Below are positions 39,061-51,405 of a DNA stretch of 64,000 nt, piece by piece. Made by a program: the position numbers and the translations under genes. Origin of the DNA: Balanoglossus misakiensis. Its lineage: Eukaryota > Animalia > Hemichordata. The notes beneath the pieces were generated by a model. That model had not been told where the DNA came from. It did no database searches and saw nothing but the letters and a program-made list of their open reading frames with translations. Positions within the stretch are counted from its first letter, which is position 1. Each line of letters begins with the position of its first letter. The DNA lies in contig CM082592.2 of the NCBI GenBank assembly GCA_040954595.2, positions 4,728,735-4,792,734 on the forward strand. The letters are read 5' to 3'.

Positions 39061-39134
39061 GGGGCATACACAAGTTTCAAAAATTTTCTAAGTCAAAGAA
39101 AACTTAGAAAATTTTTGAAACTTGTATATGCCCC
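39061..39134. repeat. Hairpin with 33-bp arms and 8-nt loop
   Basis: GGGGCATACACAAGTTTCAAAAATTTTCTAAGT-caaagaaa-ACTTAGAAAATTTTTGAAACTTGTATATGCCCC, one mismatch. Confidence 0.9.
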
Positions 39135-39275
39135 AACGTGGAGGTATAGACAAATTTCAAATTTTTAGCGTTTCTGACTTAGTTTTTTTTTTTTGGCTTT
39201 TTATATGCCATCCCTAGCCCCCACCCTAACCTCCCCATGTGTGTACTGCAGAGACTAATAAATCCCTAGCATAAC

Positions 39276-39437
39276 TCTTACTTCGGTTGAGCTAAGTTAA
39301 ACATTTTTTTTACAAGTGCATTATGGGCATCATAATCTATGCAAGATCTTTTCAGATGCAAAAGATCTTGCATACATTAGGATGCCCGTAATGCACTTGT
39401 AAAAAAAAAAATTGAAGATTGCTCAACCGAAGTAAGA
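39276..39437. repeat. ~160-bp imperfect palindrome (foldback/MITE-like)
   Basis: TCTTACTTCGGTTGAGC...TACAAGTGCATTATGGGCATC...TGCAAGATCTTTT / AAAAGATCTTGCA...GATGCCCGTAATGCACTTGTA...GCTCAACCGAAGTAAGA. Confidence 0.85.
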
Positions 39438-39730
39438 CACACACAATTACATTGCTCAGTTATCCCTCATATTAATTTTAATGTTAACTTATTCTCCTAA
39501 TCAGATTTTATTTTCGTCCTTAGGTGCAGGGAGGTTGTACACATCAATTAAGATTTAATGCAGTTTTGGAATCTATCAAGCATGCAATATTTCTAAATTT
39601 TAAATCTGTGGATTATACATGCACACATTCTAGACTGCCTATTTCTATTATTGTCATTTCATTACATTCTGAATGTAGTTAAGTAAGCTATGACTTATGA
39701 ATTAAAATTATGAATTAAAATTACATTCGC

Positions 39731-41665
39731 AGTAGTGATATCAATGAAGACAGAACACCCTATTTTCTTTCTAATTTTATGCGACTTGCTAGCTCATATT
39801 ATGTGAATAAAGAAAATCTTGTAATAATCAAGAGTTGGCTGCTGTCTCTCTCTGTGTTGATCCTGACAATGTTTAAGATGACTACTCTCAAATTTGGAAT
39901 TCAAAATGGCCGCCAAATTTGTGTTAACTCGAAGAGAAAATTTAAGTAGTGATATCAATGAAGACAGAACACCCTATTTTCTTTCTAATTTTATGCGACT
40001 TGCTAGCTCATATTAGGTGAATAAAGAAAATCTTGTAATAATCAACAGTTGGCTGCTGTCTCTCTCTGTGTTGATCCTGACAATCTTTAAGATGACTACT
40101 CTCAAATTTGGAATTCAAAATGGCCGCCAAATTTGTGTTAACTCGAAGAGAAAATTTAAGTAGTGATATCAATGAAGACAGAACACCCTATTTTCTTTCT
40201 AATTTTATGCGACTTGCTAGCTCATATTAGGTGAATAAAGAAAATCTTGTAATAATCAAGAGTTGGCTGCTGTCTCTCTCTGTGTTGATCCTGACAATCT
40301 TTAAGATGACTACTCTCAAATTTGGAATTCAAAATGGCCGCCAAATTTGTGTTAACTCGAAGAGAAAATTTAAGTAGTGATATCAATGAAGACAGAACAC
40401 CCTATTTTCTTTCTAATTTTATGCGACTTGCTAGCTCATATTATGTGAATAAAGAAAATCTTGTATTATTCAAGAGTTGGCTGCTGTCTCTCTGTGTGGT
40501 AATCCTGACAATCTTTAAGATGACTAGTCTCAAATTTGAAATTCAAAATGGCCGCCAAATTTGTGTTAACTCGAAGAGAAAATTTAAGTAGTGACATCAA
40601 TAAAAAAAGACAGTGAACACCCTGTTTTCTTTCTAATTTTATGCGACTTGCTAGCTCATATTAGGTGAATAAAGAAAATCTTGTATTATTCAAGAGTTGG
40701 CTGCTGTCTCTCTGTGTGGTAATCCTGACAATCTTTAAGATGACTACTCTCAAATTTGGAATTCAAAATGGCCGCCAAATTTGTGTTAACTCGAAGAGAA
40801 AATTTTAGTAGTGACATCAATAAAAAAAGACAGTGAACACCCTGTTTTCTTTCTAATTTTATGCGACTTGCTAGCTCATATTAGGTGAATAAAGAAAATC
40901 TTGTAATAATCAAGAGTTGGCTGCTGTCTCTCTGTGTGGTAATCCCGACAATCTTTAAGATGACTAGTCTCAAATTTGAAATTCAAAATGGCCGCCAAAT
41001 GTGTGTTAACTCGAAGAGAAAATTTAAGTAGTGACATCAATAAAAAAAGACAGTGAACACCCTGTTTTCTTTCTAATTTTATGCGACTTGCTAGCTCATA
41101 TTAGGTGAATAAAGAAAATCTTGTAATAATCAAGAGTTGGCTGCTGTCTCTCTGTGTGGTAATCCTGACAATCTTTAAGATGACTAGTCTCAAATTTGAA
41201 ATTCAAAATGGCCTCCAAATTTGCGTTAACTCGAAGAGAAAATTTAAGTAGTGACATCAATAAAAAAAAGACAGTGAACACCCTGTTTTCTTTCTAATTT
41301 TATGCGACTTGCTAGCTCATATTAGGTGAATAAAGAAAATCTTGTATTATTCAAGAGTTGGCTGCTGTCTCTCTGTGTGGTAATCCTGACAATCTTTAAG
41401 ATGACTACTCTCAAATTTGGAATTCAAAATGGCCGCCAAATTTGTGTTAACTCGAAGAGAAAATTTTAGTAGTGACATCAATAAAAAAAGACAGTGAACA
41501 CCCTATTTTCTTTCTAATTTTATGCGACTTGCTAGCTCATATTAGGTGAATAAAGAAAATCTTGTAATAATCAAGAGTTGGCTGCTGTCTCTCTGTGTGG
41601 TAATCCTGACAATCTTTAAGATGACTAGTCTCATATTTGAAATTCAAAATGGCCGCCAAATTTGA
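39731..41665. repeat. Tandem satellite, 214/220-bp unit, ~9 copies, with a degenerate tail to ~41960
   Basis: Unit starts at 39731, 39945, 40159, 40373, 40587 (spacing 214), then 40807, 41027 and onward (spacing ~220). Confidence 0.95.
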
Positions 41666-44600
41666 GAAAAATTATATAAATGAAAAGACAGTGAGCATCC
41701 TGTTCATCACTTTCTACATTTATGGGACTTGCTTCAGTTATTTTCTAGTACATGTATTGTCAATTACTACAATTTGCATATTAATTGTAATTATAATTTA
41801 ATTTTGTTTCAGTCTTTTACGAGTTACTGTAATAAAATGTACGACTGTTTTGATTGTCAGATTATTGTATGATGTGAATAAAGAAAACTTGTAATTTTCA
41901 AGAGTTGTTTACTCTTTCTTTGTGGTGATCCTGACAGTTTTCAAGAACACTAGCTCTGATTTATGCTTTTTTTTCCCGTTCGCTAACTAAAATTACACAA
42001 AAGGAAGGTTTATTATAATTACCGGTAGGCCTGTCACCATGATATTATTCAGGGGATCAAAGATTAAAGAAGCTAGTTTATTCATTTGAAAATTTGAACA
42101 GTTTAAACGAATTCTACATGCTACCTTCAAAGGTGGACCATTTGGCCAGAAAAAGGTTATGAAAATTAATGTACACAATTCACAAAACTTGCTACATGTC
42201 AGTTAAGATTTTATCCATTAAGCAATTTGACCCTACAATTATTAAGTAAATATTAAGCTATTTCTGGAACTGGATTAACAATTTGGGATTACTGGAAAAT
42301 TTTGAACAAGCCAAATGTCTCAACTTTGAAATTCAAAATGGCCCCCATTATTTGCGTTAATTAGGTAGAGTACAACTACATACTGTGGTTGGTCCAATAT
42401 AGAGGACCACTGTTGCTTCATTTGGTCATCCAGACAACGTCGTAACAGCCACAAAGATCAGTACACCTGACCTCTGGGGATGGTCCAATAAAAGACCATG
42501 CACCAAGACTGTTACTTTCATATGTTATCCAGACAACCTCGCAACAACCACAAATAAAAGATAGTTTGGGCTATTTGACAGGTTGGTCAAAGGTTACCTA
42601 AGTAATTTTTCAAGTTCCTGTTCTACAAAAAAGGAAGAATCTTGGCAATGCCCACACACATCCAACAAAGTACACAAATCCAACATAGCACACCACTGTA
42701 AAGCATTTCTGTACCAGATTTATTTTTTTCTTTATTATCGTTCATTAAAGGGGCAAAATTGCTCTTTTGTTAACTTATTTTGATATGTAGATTTCTATGC
42801 CTTTTATCTTGAAATATGCCGAAATACTACTCTGTGGCAATGTTTATACTTATTTGAGGAAACCAATTCAAGTTCACATGAAAAAGAGGGAATATGTTGA
42901 CACTTTAAATTTTTGATTGTCATCAATTTGTACACCAAGAAACTTTATGAAAGTATTCCATGAATTCTTTATATCACAAAAAGGTCAAAATGAGCAATTT
43001 TGTACTTTTAATTTTATGTAATTCTGCATCATTGTTTTTCATTTTCACTGCAATGTTTGGTTGTCCATATCCGCACCAGCAAACCGCCAAACTGCTTGGA
43101 TGACCAAATCTATCGATAAACTGTGGGACTACCTGCACTAGCTACTCTTATGGCAAGACAATTATAGATTTCGCGAAATCTTCTGCATACTTCCAGATCG
43201 ATCATCTCTGTGGGTCACTTTCATGGTGCCTATATGATGTACTTCGTTGGCATTTTGGGACTAGAAATATGAACAAAGAGTAACTTTTATAAAATAGTAC
43301 ATAGCTCCTACAATTCTAGAGTTTTTGTCCCAATGAACATAATAAAATATTATCTAGCGAGTCAACATGAGCACGATTGTCTGCCATCAATGTATCTGAC
43401 TGGCTGAATTTTAATGAGTAATTGTAATGGGTGACGTACCTTCACTGCTACATTGAAGACCACTTGTCCAGTTGGGCTGGTGAAGTGTTTCATCCACAAC
43501 GTTCTAAATTAAAGGAAAGTATTAAAAAAAGTAAGTTTTATGAAGACAAAAAAAGCTTTTGAAACGATGCGAGCACATCGCGAGTCACCATGCTATGCAT
43601 CGCTTCATTTCAGTGAAACCGATTTGCATTTTGGAACAAGTGAACGCCTACTACATGTTGTATAAAACATAAATCGAGTCGAACGTTCGAGACAACACAT
43701 GGGGAAAACAAAGCGGGGGGGGGGAGAGAAAAATATGCGACTGTCGAAAAATTAATTTCGTTTTATCCAAGCTATATTCAAGAAACATAGATTACTTCCC
43801 ACACTGTGTGATTCTAAGAACACGAAGACGCAAAACTACCCTATGTCACTTATGAGAGACGCGGCCAGTGCAAGCACGTGGCTGGGTTTCTTTGTTAGGA
43901 TTCTGAGTAGACGGGCTTGATGAACAAGATCTTGCTTTTACAGTCTCAGCTTTCGACTGCTTATTTTCCCTACGGCTAACTATTTCAGAGTTGTCAAAAA
44001 CGAGATAGCGATTAATATTACTGGTGAAATATGAACAATGCGCGGAAATTCTCGCAGTGTTTTGTACGGGCCTTCTGTACGCAAGAAATAAACATTTCAT
44101 TCTGTCCAAAATGGCGGACCTACGACAATGCGAGAACGTGGGTGTCAAAATGGCGAAACGGCGAAACAAGTTCCTCAAAAAGTTTGTAATTCACAAATGT
44201 ATATTGCCACAAAATAGCGCTTTTTAAAACATTTGAGATAACTGGATTCGAATACGACACACTCCCTGCTCAATTACATTTCAGGTTCTCTGCCAAAATA
44301 CTACGGGATGAAAACAGAAACTTACCAGAAATCCGCTCTGCTTTTTCTGCGACACGCACGTTCCGTCGACAATGGTTATGCTCCCGGATGTAGAGACGAC
44401 AAGCACGTGTGTTTGAACATTTTCAAACTTTGGCCGTGAAATGTCACCGCTCTGCATTTCGGCAGAGTAAATTTTGAACAGACGTTACTTCCCTGGTTCA
44501 CTTTTTGTCCGACTATACGCAGCGAAACTCTAAATTTCAGTCCGTTTCTGCTTTTTACTGAAGTCCATGCACAAAGTCCGAGAACCAGAGCTCCGCAGAC

Positions 44601-45398
44601 ACGATGTCACACAGCATGTTCCAAGCAGCAAATGGAGTCTCGGCGCAAATCACGTGGCCGAATACACAAAAACCGATTCGCCCAAGCCCGCTGTCATCAT
44701 CCAATCAAAACTTGTCACTGGCTATGGCCAGGCAATTAGCATATTCATACCCTGTTTAAACAGGCCAATCAGAAAAGGACTTTCTTTCTGCGTAGACGCC
44801 CAGTTCATGAGTGCGTTCTCATTCATATGCAAAATACAACCAACCACCGTTCAGCAACTGAAACATTCCAGGACCACGTAAACCGTTCACAAGTAATTTT
44901 TATACCAGTATTTGAGCCGGGACGTTTCAGAAATGTTTCAAATTCAACAGCACTTAAAAATTCTGCGCTGATACACAAAGTAAATGAAGTCATTTTTTAT
45001 AATAAGAAAATAATTATCTCACCCCAAGCCATCGGCTTGCACTGGGTGATGCATATGGAAGTCGTGATGCATATGGAATGTCGTGGTGGTAAATGTCCAT
45101 GGAGTAATCGGTCCTTGTAATTTCTCTTGGGAAATACAATTTACTACATTGTACATCGAGAAACATGACAAGTTGTGTAATAATTTTGATGTTGGGAGAA
45201 AATATGGAAAAGTTACATTTGACGGGTATCCGGAGTAAAGTTTCCATTTTGTTAACGCTACAAACGACTTCCTCAGTTTTGGTCAGCCAGCATTATGAGC
45301 AGGCCTAGCGCGATAAAATGGACAAAATGCATAATTCGAAAATAACAGAAATTACATGAGAAAATGTTTTTAAAAACTTAATGTAAATGTCTATTTTG

Positions 45399-48091
45399 TT
45401 AAAACGTCTCCGAGGCTGAGTTATCGTCTTCGCAGACGAACTGATTGCTTTGAATCCGAGTGTGATTTTGCGAAGGTTTCCGTCTTCTGTAGCATTCTGC
45501 AATAATTTGCGCGAGTACATACACCGCCGCTGCCGTGGCCGCCATGGCAGCCGTCATGTTCGCGAGTGCGGACAGGTCATACAGGTGAAATATAGTCCCG
45601 GCAGGCAAGGGGAGGATTATCTGAGAGAGCGACCCGGCCACAAGGAACGTCGCCGTGGCTCTGCTCGTCAGCGGGATGTGCTGCTCCGCCCAGGCGGTCC
45701 CGGACGGAAACATGGCGGCCAGGAAGAAACCGAGGAACGGAGTGCAGATCCACATCGGAACCGCAGAGCTGTCGCCGAGGGCTACCAACACGAAGCTGAA
45801 CGTGCACAGACCAACGAGGTTGGTTATAAGCATTGCGGTCCGAGACAAATGGTAGGCACAGTATCCTCCAGTGGCACGCGAGATCGCGAAACCCGCCCAA
45901 AATAATGAATTCAAGAGTCCACCAAATAAAGGAGTAAATCCGAACCCTGAACTTAGTGCATACGAGTACAGAAACGCCCCGTATAGGCCCTCTTGTCCCT
46001 GACACAGAAAGTAAAAAGCAGACAAGCCGGCTAACAGAAATATTTTCCTAGTTCTGGCGCTGTCCGCTTCTTCCACGTTTTTCACCGGTGGTCTTGGTAG
46101 CGTTTGGGGTTTGGTTTCACAGCAGAACATGACCAAGAAGATGAACGCAACCAATGCCTTATATACGGCAATTATCGTCCACGGAATCCACAGTGAAGAA
46201 CTCCGCTCCGGTTGTCCCTTTTCGACATTCAAACTTTCGTCGTTGGTGCGTGTGCTCTCGATGGTCTTTACGCTTTCCTCGTAAGTTACTGTGAGGGCGT
46301 GGGTTGTCTGTAGGTGGTTCCACGGGCGCGTGGTCGCATTGGCATTTCTCTGGTCGGGCACTGAAGCTTGTGTCAAATTAAATTTTTCCACATCGCGACG
46401 AGTTTTATCACCGGAAAATGTCTTCTGTTGCGTGTCCCGTTTGGTTTCGCCGGTTTCATACGCGGCTGATGGCCGGCCGGGTTGCCTCGAGAATCCCAAA
46501 GCGAGTACTGTAGGGGCCGCCGGCAAGTTGGCAGTACTATCGGGAGATGAAACACTGGCTGACACACTTGTACCGTTTGTCGACTGCACTTGGACACCGC
46601 CCAACGACACGAGGAACGGAGAAGCCAGCACGGGAGATAGTACAGCACCGAAGGCAAAGACCAGATGCAGAGTTCGCATGTAATTCTTGTTCTGTAGCGT
46701 CACGCATATGGCGTTTCCTCCTGAAAGGACAAAAGTTTAGGGTCGGCGGGTTAAAAATTAGGGTAGGTCGGGTTATTTGTGGCCAACCGAGAAAACAGTG
46801 GCCAAACCATCAACGCGAAACTTCGCGTTTGAATTATGGTTTAACGAGCATTTATATTTTCCAACCGCCGAGCATACATCGAAAACTCGTTTATGGTACT
46901 GATAAACTTTGCCAATATATTAGTCACAAAGGCAATTGCTTCAACAAACTGGACGCGTTCAACCGTAGTCTGAAATATAGTGTGAAAAATCGTGTGAAGA
47001 AATGGAGAATACCTGAGTCTAAGCAACCGTCCACAAGTCCTAACACTGCCAAGACGAACAGCAGCGAGGGCAGGTTGTCACACCACGGAACTAGCGCCCC
47101 CATGGCGCCGGAGCCCAGGAGCGACAACGTAATGATTCCGTTTCCGAGTTTTTCGAAGCAGACACCGCCGAGCAGCGATCCGACCAGGTAGCCGAGACTG
47201 AGAAGGGTGAACAATGTGGCGATTTGGTTGATGTCTGTGCCCGTGTTCAGCTGCAGGTCTGGGAGGCTGGGTCCAACAACAGCGATGTCCATACCCTGGG
47301 AAATCGACAACATATAGTACGTGTGGTGTTATAACGACGAAGTGGAAAATAATTCAGTTTTCTGAAACTCCTTTAAGTTTAGTATAACCAGTCATGTGTG
47401 TTTCCGTTATCAATTGTAATATTATCATAAATCACCGGTCATTTTTGTTTGTTTCCTTGCGAAAACTGTGTTAACCTGTTTGTTATTCTTTCCCGTATTC
47501 TCAACGGGTACAACACTTTTAGGTGGTGACTGGCTATTCAAGTTTCAGTATTTACATCACGGCAGTAAAATACGACTGGCAATACATCATTTGTGTCTGA
47601 ACACTGCAAAAGCGATACTGTGAGAAAGCAGCTGGGCTAGTACTCCGACAGAATCGTCAAACTTTAAGACGACAAAATACCTATTTGCGGTGATGACTAA
47701 TAGTTGATGGTATGTAATCAAGACCCAGTGTGTTTTAGATAGACGCACACACACAGATAGTTTAGAGCGCAACAAAACAAATTATATTGTTTACCAGGCT
47801 GAGAAATGCCAGATAGAGGGACAGAGCTTTCAGCTTTCGTCGCCCCGGCAACGCTTGCTCATCTGTCCATGATGTGCGCTCATCCGGGTCTCTCTCTCCC
47901 TGATCTGGCCCAGTGGCGCCGCCTGTCAGCAGTTCCTGGCGAAGTTCTTGAGATTCGCTCACTATCTCCTCATCCCCACGCTGTTCGGTCGCGTGGTCTG
48001 TTAGCGGCTCCTGTTGGCGTTCGTAGCCATTGTTGGTTTCTCCTTCAACGCCGTCCCCGCCATTTGTTTCTTGCCCCTCGACGTCCGCCAT
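45399..48091 (-). CDS. MFS transporter, MFSD4/sodium-dependent glucose transporter 1 (NaGLT1)-like, ~633 aa
   Basis: Exons 48091-47795, 47295-47013, 46720-45399. Motifs 'LYLAFLSLGMDIAVVGPSLPDL', 'GYLVGSLLGG', 'LVPWC', 'GCLDSGGN', 'LHLVFAFGAVLSPVLASPFL', 'LNSLFWAGFAISR', 'FPSGTAWAEQ'. Long S/T-rich loop after the fifth predicted TM. Confidence 0.88.
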
Positions 48092-50245
48092 CTTTACTTT
48101 CACTTACGTAACATTTCCTAGTTCACACATCCTGGTGAGCGTAGCATGATTAACTCGCACGCACCTGTTGATTGTCTATGGTTGAATATACATGTAGAAG
48201 AAAAACACGTTGACAGCGCTGTCTGTTAGCACACCGTTGCTGGTGTCTGTTTAAAATTGTCAATTTGGGTGATAGGCCCTAAACGCACTGTGTATGTCAC
48301 CGCTGCAATGCAAATTACCCAAATTTGGATAATAACGTTTTAATTATGAAACGAAACGAAACGAAATGTGCACGATCACGAAGAGGTCGCATATGAAATC
48401 AGTCAACACCACACAGACTGAGATATTTAAAAAGGGTTCGATTCGGGCAAATTGTAAAAAAGAATCTTTACAACCAAAGTTAACGGGTACATTAGGACTT
48501 GACACAACCACGATGTGTGGAAAGACCGTACCGTAGAGGGTCCCTCCAAAATTGCCAGCGAAACACAGTTATGTACGCACCGCGAAATCTGACAATATAA
48601 ATATGACCCACCTCTAAGAGTTCAACGGGTCGAAGTTCAAGGCAAGGAGCTGGGGAATGCGTTATGAACGCATGCAAGGTGATCGCTGACCTGACTTTGA
48701 GTTTGACGAGAATGAGAAAGACATCAATCGGTGGGGCGGATTGCGTAATGAGGGGCCTCTTTTGAAATTTTGGAATAATGATGTCAATGGTCAATTCAAT
48801 TCAGATAATCATGGGTGTGCTAATTAGTCTCAGAAGTGCTTATTGCGTGTTGGGCTACCACAGTGGTAGCTTCATGGTGTTAAATATACCGAGGGTGTGA
48901 TTTCAATCTATTTGTGACATAGAGCCGTGAATATATTCACGTTTTCCGGGTTGGGAACGCCATTGCTGTCTTCATACCATGTACTAGGATATTTTTTACC
49001 AAAGTTATTTAACTACACGGTATTAAATGCAAAAATGCTAATGCTTAGGCCTATGCATATGACATAGTAAACAATCCAAGTTTTTGCCCTGCAGTCGATC
49101 AAGAATTTCTACAAGGGGAATGTAGTCAAATGGATCATGTATCAGACGCATTTTGTGAAATATGTTATTTGATATTCCCAAACTGTGCCAGCGGTGACCT
49201 AAAAACCCAGCACAGCCACAGAGTGTATAGGTACAATCGCCCTGTGTACATGTATACGTGTGTGTGCGTCCACGTAAACAAGCATACCTGTTGCTGCGTT
49301 CCTTCTCAGGTTGTCCCCCGGCCCCGCCGTCTTTGTCCGACTGTATCTCACTGCCAGGGTTGGTGCAGCGGCGTATTGTTGTATATGTCCGACAAAGGCT
49401 GGTCGGTTTGTGCCATTACCATCGTCTTCGTGGGGACAAAGTCGTAAAATCCACTTGAAACAAGCACGCGACTCCGAGTGGCACTTAACATGTGTGACGT
49501 CACGCGTTTCCATCACAAAGCATTTGGGAACCACCGCCTAGGGCAGGGGTCAAACTCCACTGTCCATGAATACATGAACATGTAAATATAAATCTTCCCA
49601 AGTAAGTTACTTTATACTCGGTATACAGTCCACAACTTCCAACACCACAACTTTACACGCCCCAGAGCGCTTTGGATGTTGATCACGTGAGCCTTGTACA
49701 AAACGTGGCAAATTGTCCGACGAAAAGTCATTTGCTGACAAAAATTTAAAAAAATGTACGGCTTGTTTTATGTTGATGCGACAGGCAGCAAATGTTGACG
49801 TTCGTGCCAACACTGGTACGGCTGGCCTATCGACACGTGTCCGCCTTATCGCATGTCGAACACTCATTAGGCTAAGCTTAGGTTAGCCACAAGGTTGTTA
49901 GCCACGGTCAGATCGTGGACTTGCGAGAGAGACATCCGTTGTCGGATCAATACCTAGCCAGTTTCATAATGAAAACGATAATCGCAAACAACAACAACAA
50001 CACAACATCCATTTATGTTAACTGTATTTCATTTCATTTTTGAATCAACTAGCTTAGGTAGATTATAATTGAAAATGCACGTTCAAATACCAACAAGTCC
50101 AACAAATGCGATATCATGAGGTCAAATGTCAATAATTGTTCAATCTTTCAGTTGTCATTGGTATACAGTAGTTTTCAGGTGATATGTACGTGATGTAGAA
50201 ACGTTGCAATAGGTTACCATGGTCACAGACGTATCACACGATTTC

Positions 50246-51361
50246 TCATATCACGAAGAAAGACTTTATAAGGTACAATGTCACAAGAGAGGCGAGCTGC
50301 GCTTTGAAGATGCGCACGGGCCCGTGAGTAACCGGAGCTGCTGAAGCTTCGCAGGGTTTTTGCGTTGTCGGAATCCTGCATTCGGGGTCCACTGCCTCGC
50401 AATGAGGTGCCTCGCCCTGCACACAGAAAAAAGAGAAAGTAAATCGAGTCAAGATTATTGATAAAATCAAATTAGGAGAACATCAGCCATAACTACTTTG
50501 AAATTCTGTTTACTGAAAACACACACACGAGAATATGGCATTGTTGAAATTATCAAGTGGCAGTTTTTCAAGTGAATTTTTTTTTTAATTTAAACTATAT
50601 TCTGCGTTCCTCATCATTAATTGGGTTGTTTTGATGGACATTGTCAAAATGTCAGGACTTTTAATGTATAAGTTATGCACACCCTTTGCGTGAGAAAATG
50701 GAAGGTTATAACAGCGTATTAATTACTGATGCCTTACCTCCCCGCCTTCGTAATCTTCAAGAAGCGGGTCAATGATTGATGTCCAGTTTTGAAGGGTCCA
50801 GTCCATAGAGAAGTCGACTGGTGTCATGCCGTTGATGAAAAACCATGGGGTACCGTAGGCGCCGCCTTAATACACGGGGAAAAAGGAAATGTGCCAAAAT
50901 TAAGGTTTCACTTACAGAGAGTCACTGCATGTATTTTAACCACTTTAACCCCATTTCCTTCTGTGGAGGGCGATACGACAGTTACCATAGTTACCATAGA
51001 TTTCGTCCAACCTGCTTCGATGGCAAGCAATAGCCCGCTGCCTAAATTCTATCAGATGAAGCCAACGAAGGGCTGTGAATGAGTCCGATCACGTTGTACC
51101 AGCTGTAAAGCAAAATGAAGATACTCACGCGTTATTCCCATCTTCCATTCATGTCTGCAGAGAACGTCGGTGTCGCGGAGATCGTAAGCATCTAAGAAGT
51201 CTTGGGCGTCTAGTCCCAAACCTTCAGCTAACTCCACTAAAATGCTTTCAATGGAAAGAAAAAAAATTATAAGAGCATGGACAATATGAACACAAGGGCG
51301 GTGTTTTTCAAAATCTGAAAAAAATGTGACCCTCTCCAATAAGCCCCCTGTCTGTCCGTTC

Positions 51362-51405
<44 letters not shown>

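Noticed and set aside
35279-41665. CRISPR-like repeat-spacer array
   Set aside because: Units are near-identical over their whole length with no unique spacers, there are no cas genes, and the context is eukaryotic.
32945-46790. Inverted similarity between 32965-33005 and 46731-46772 as TIRs of a giant element capturing the MFS gene
   Set aside because: The right copy lies inside an MFS intron and the match is gapped. Independent fragments of a small dispersed repeat are more likely.
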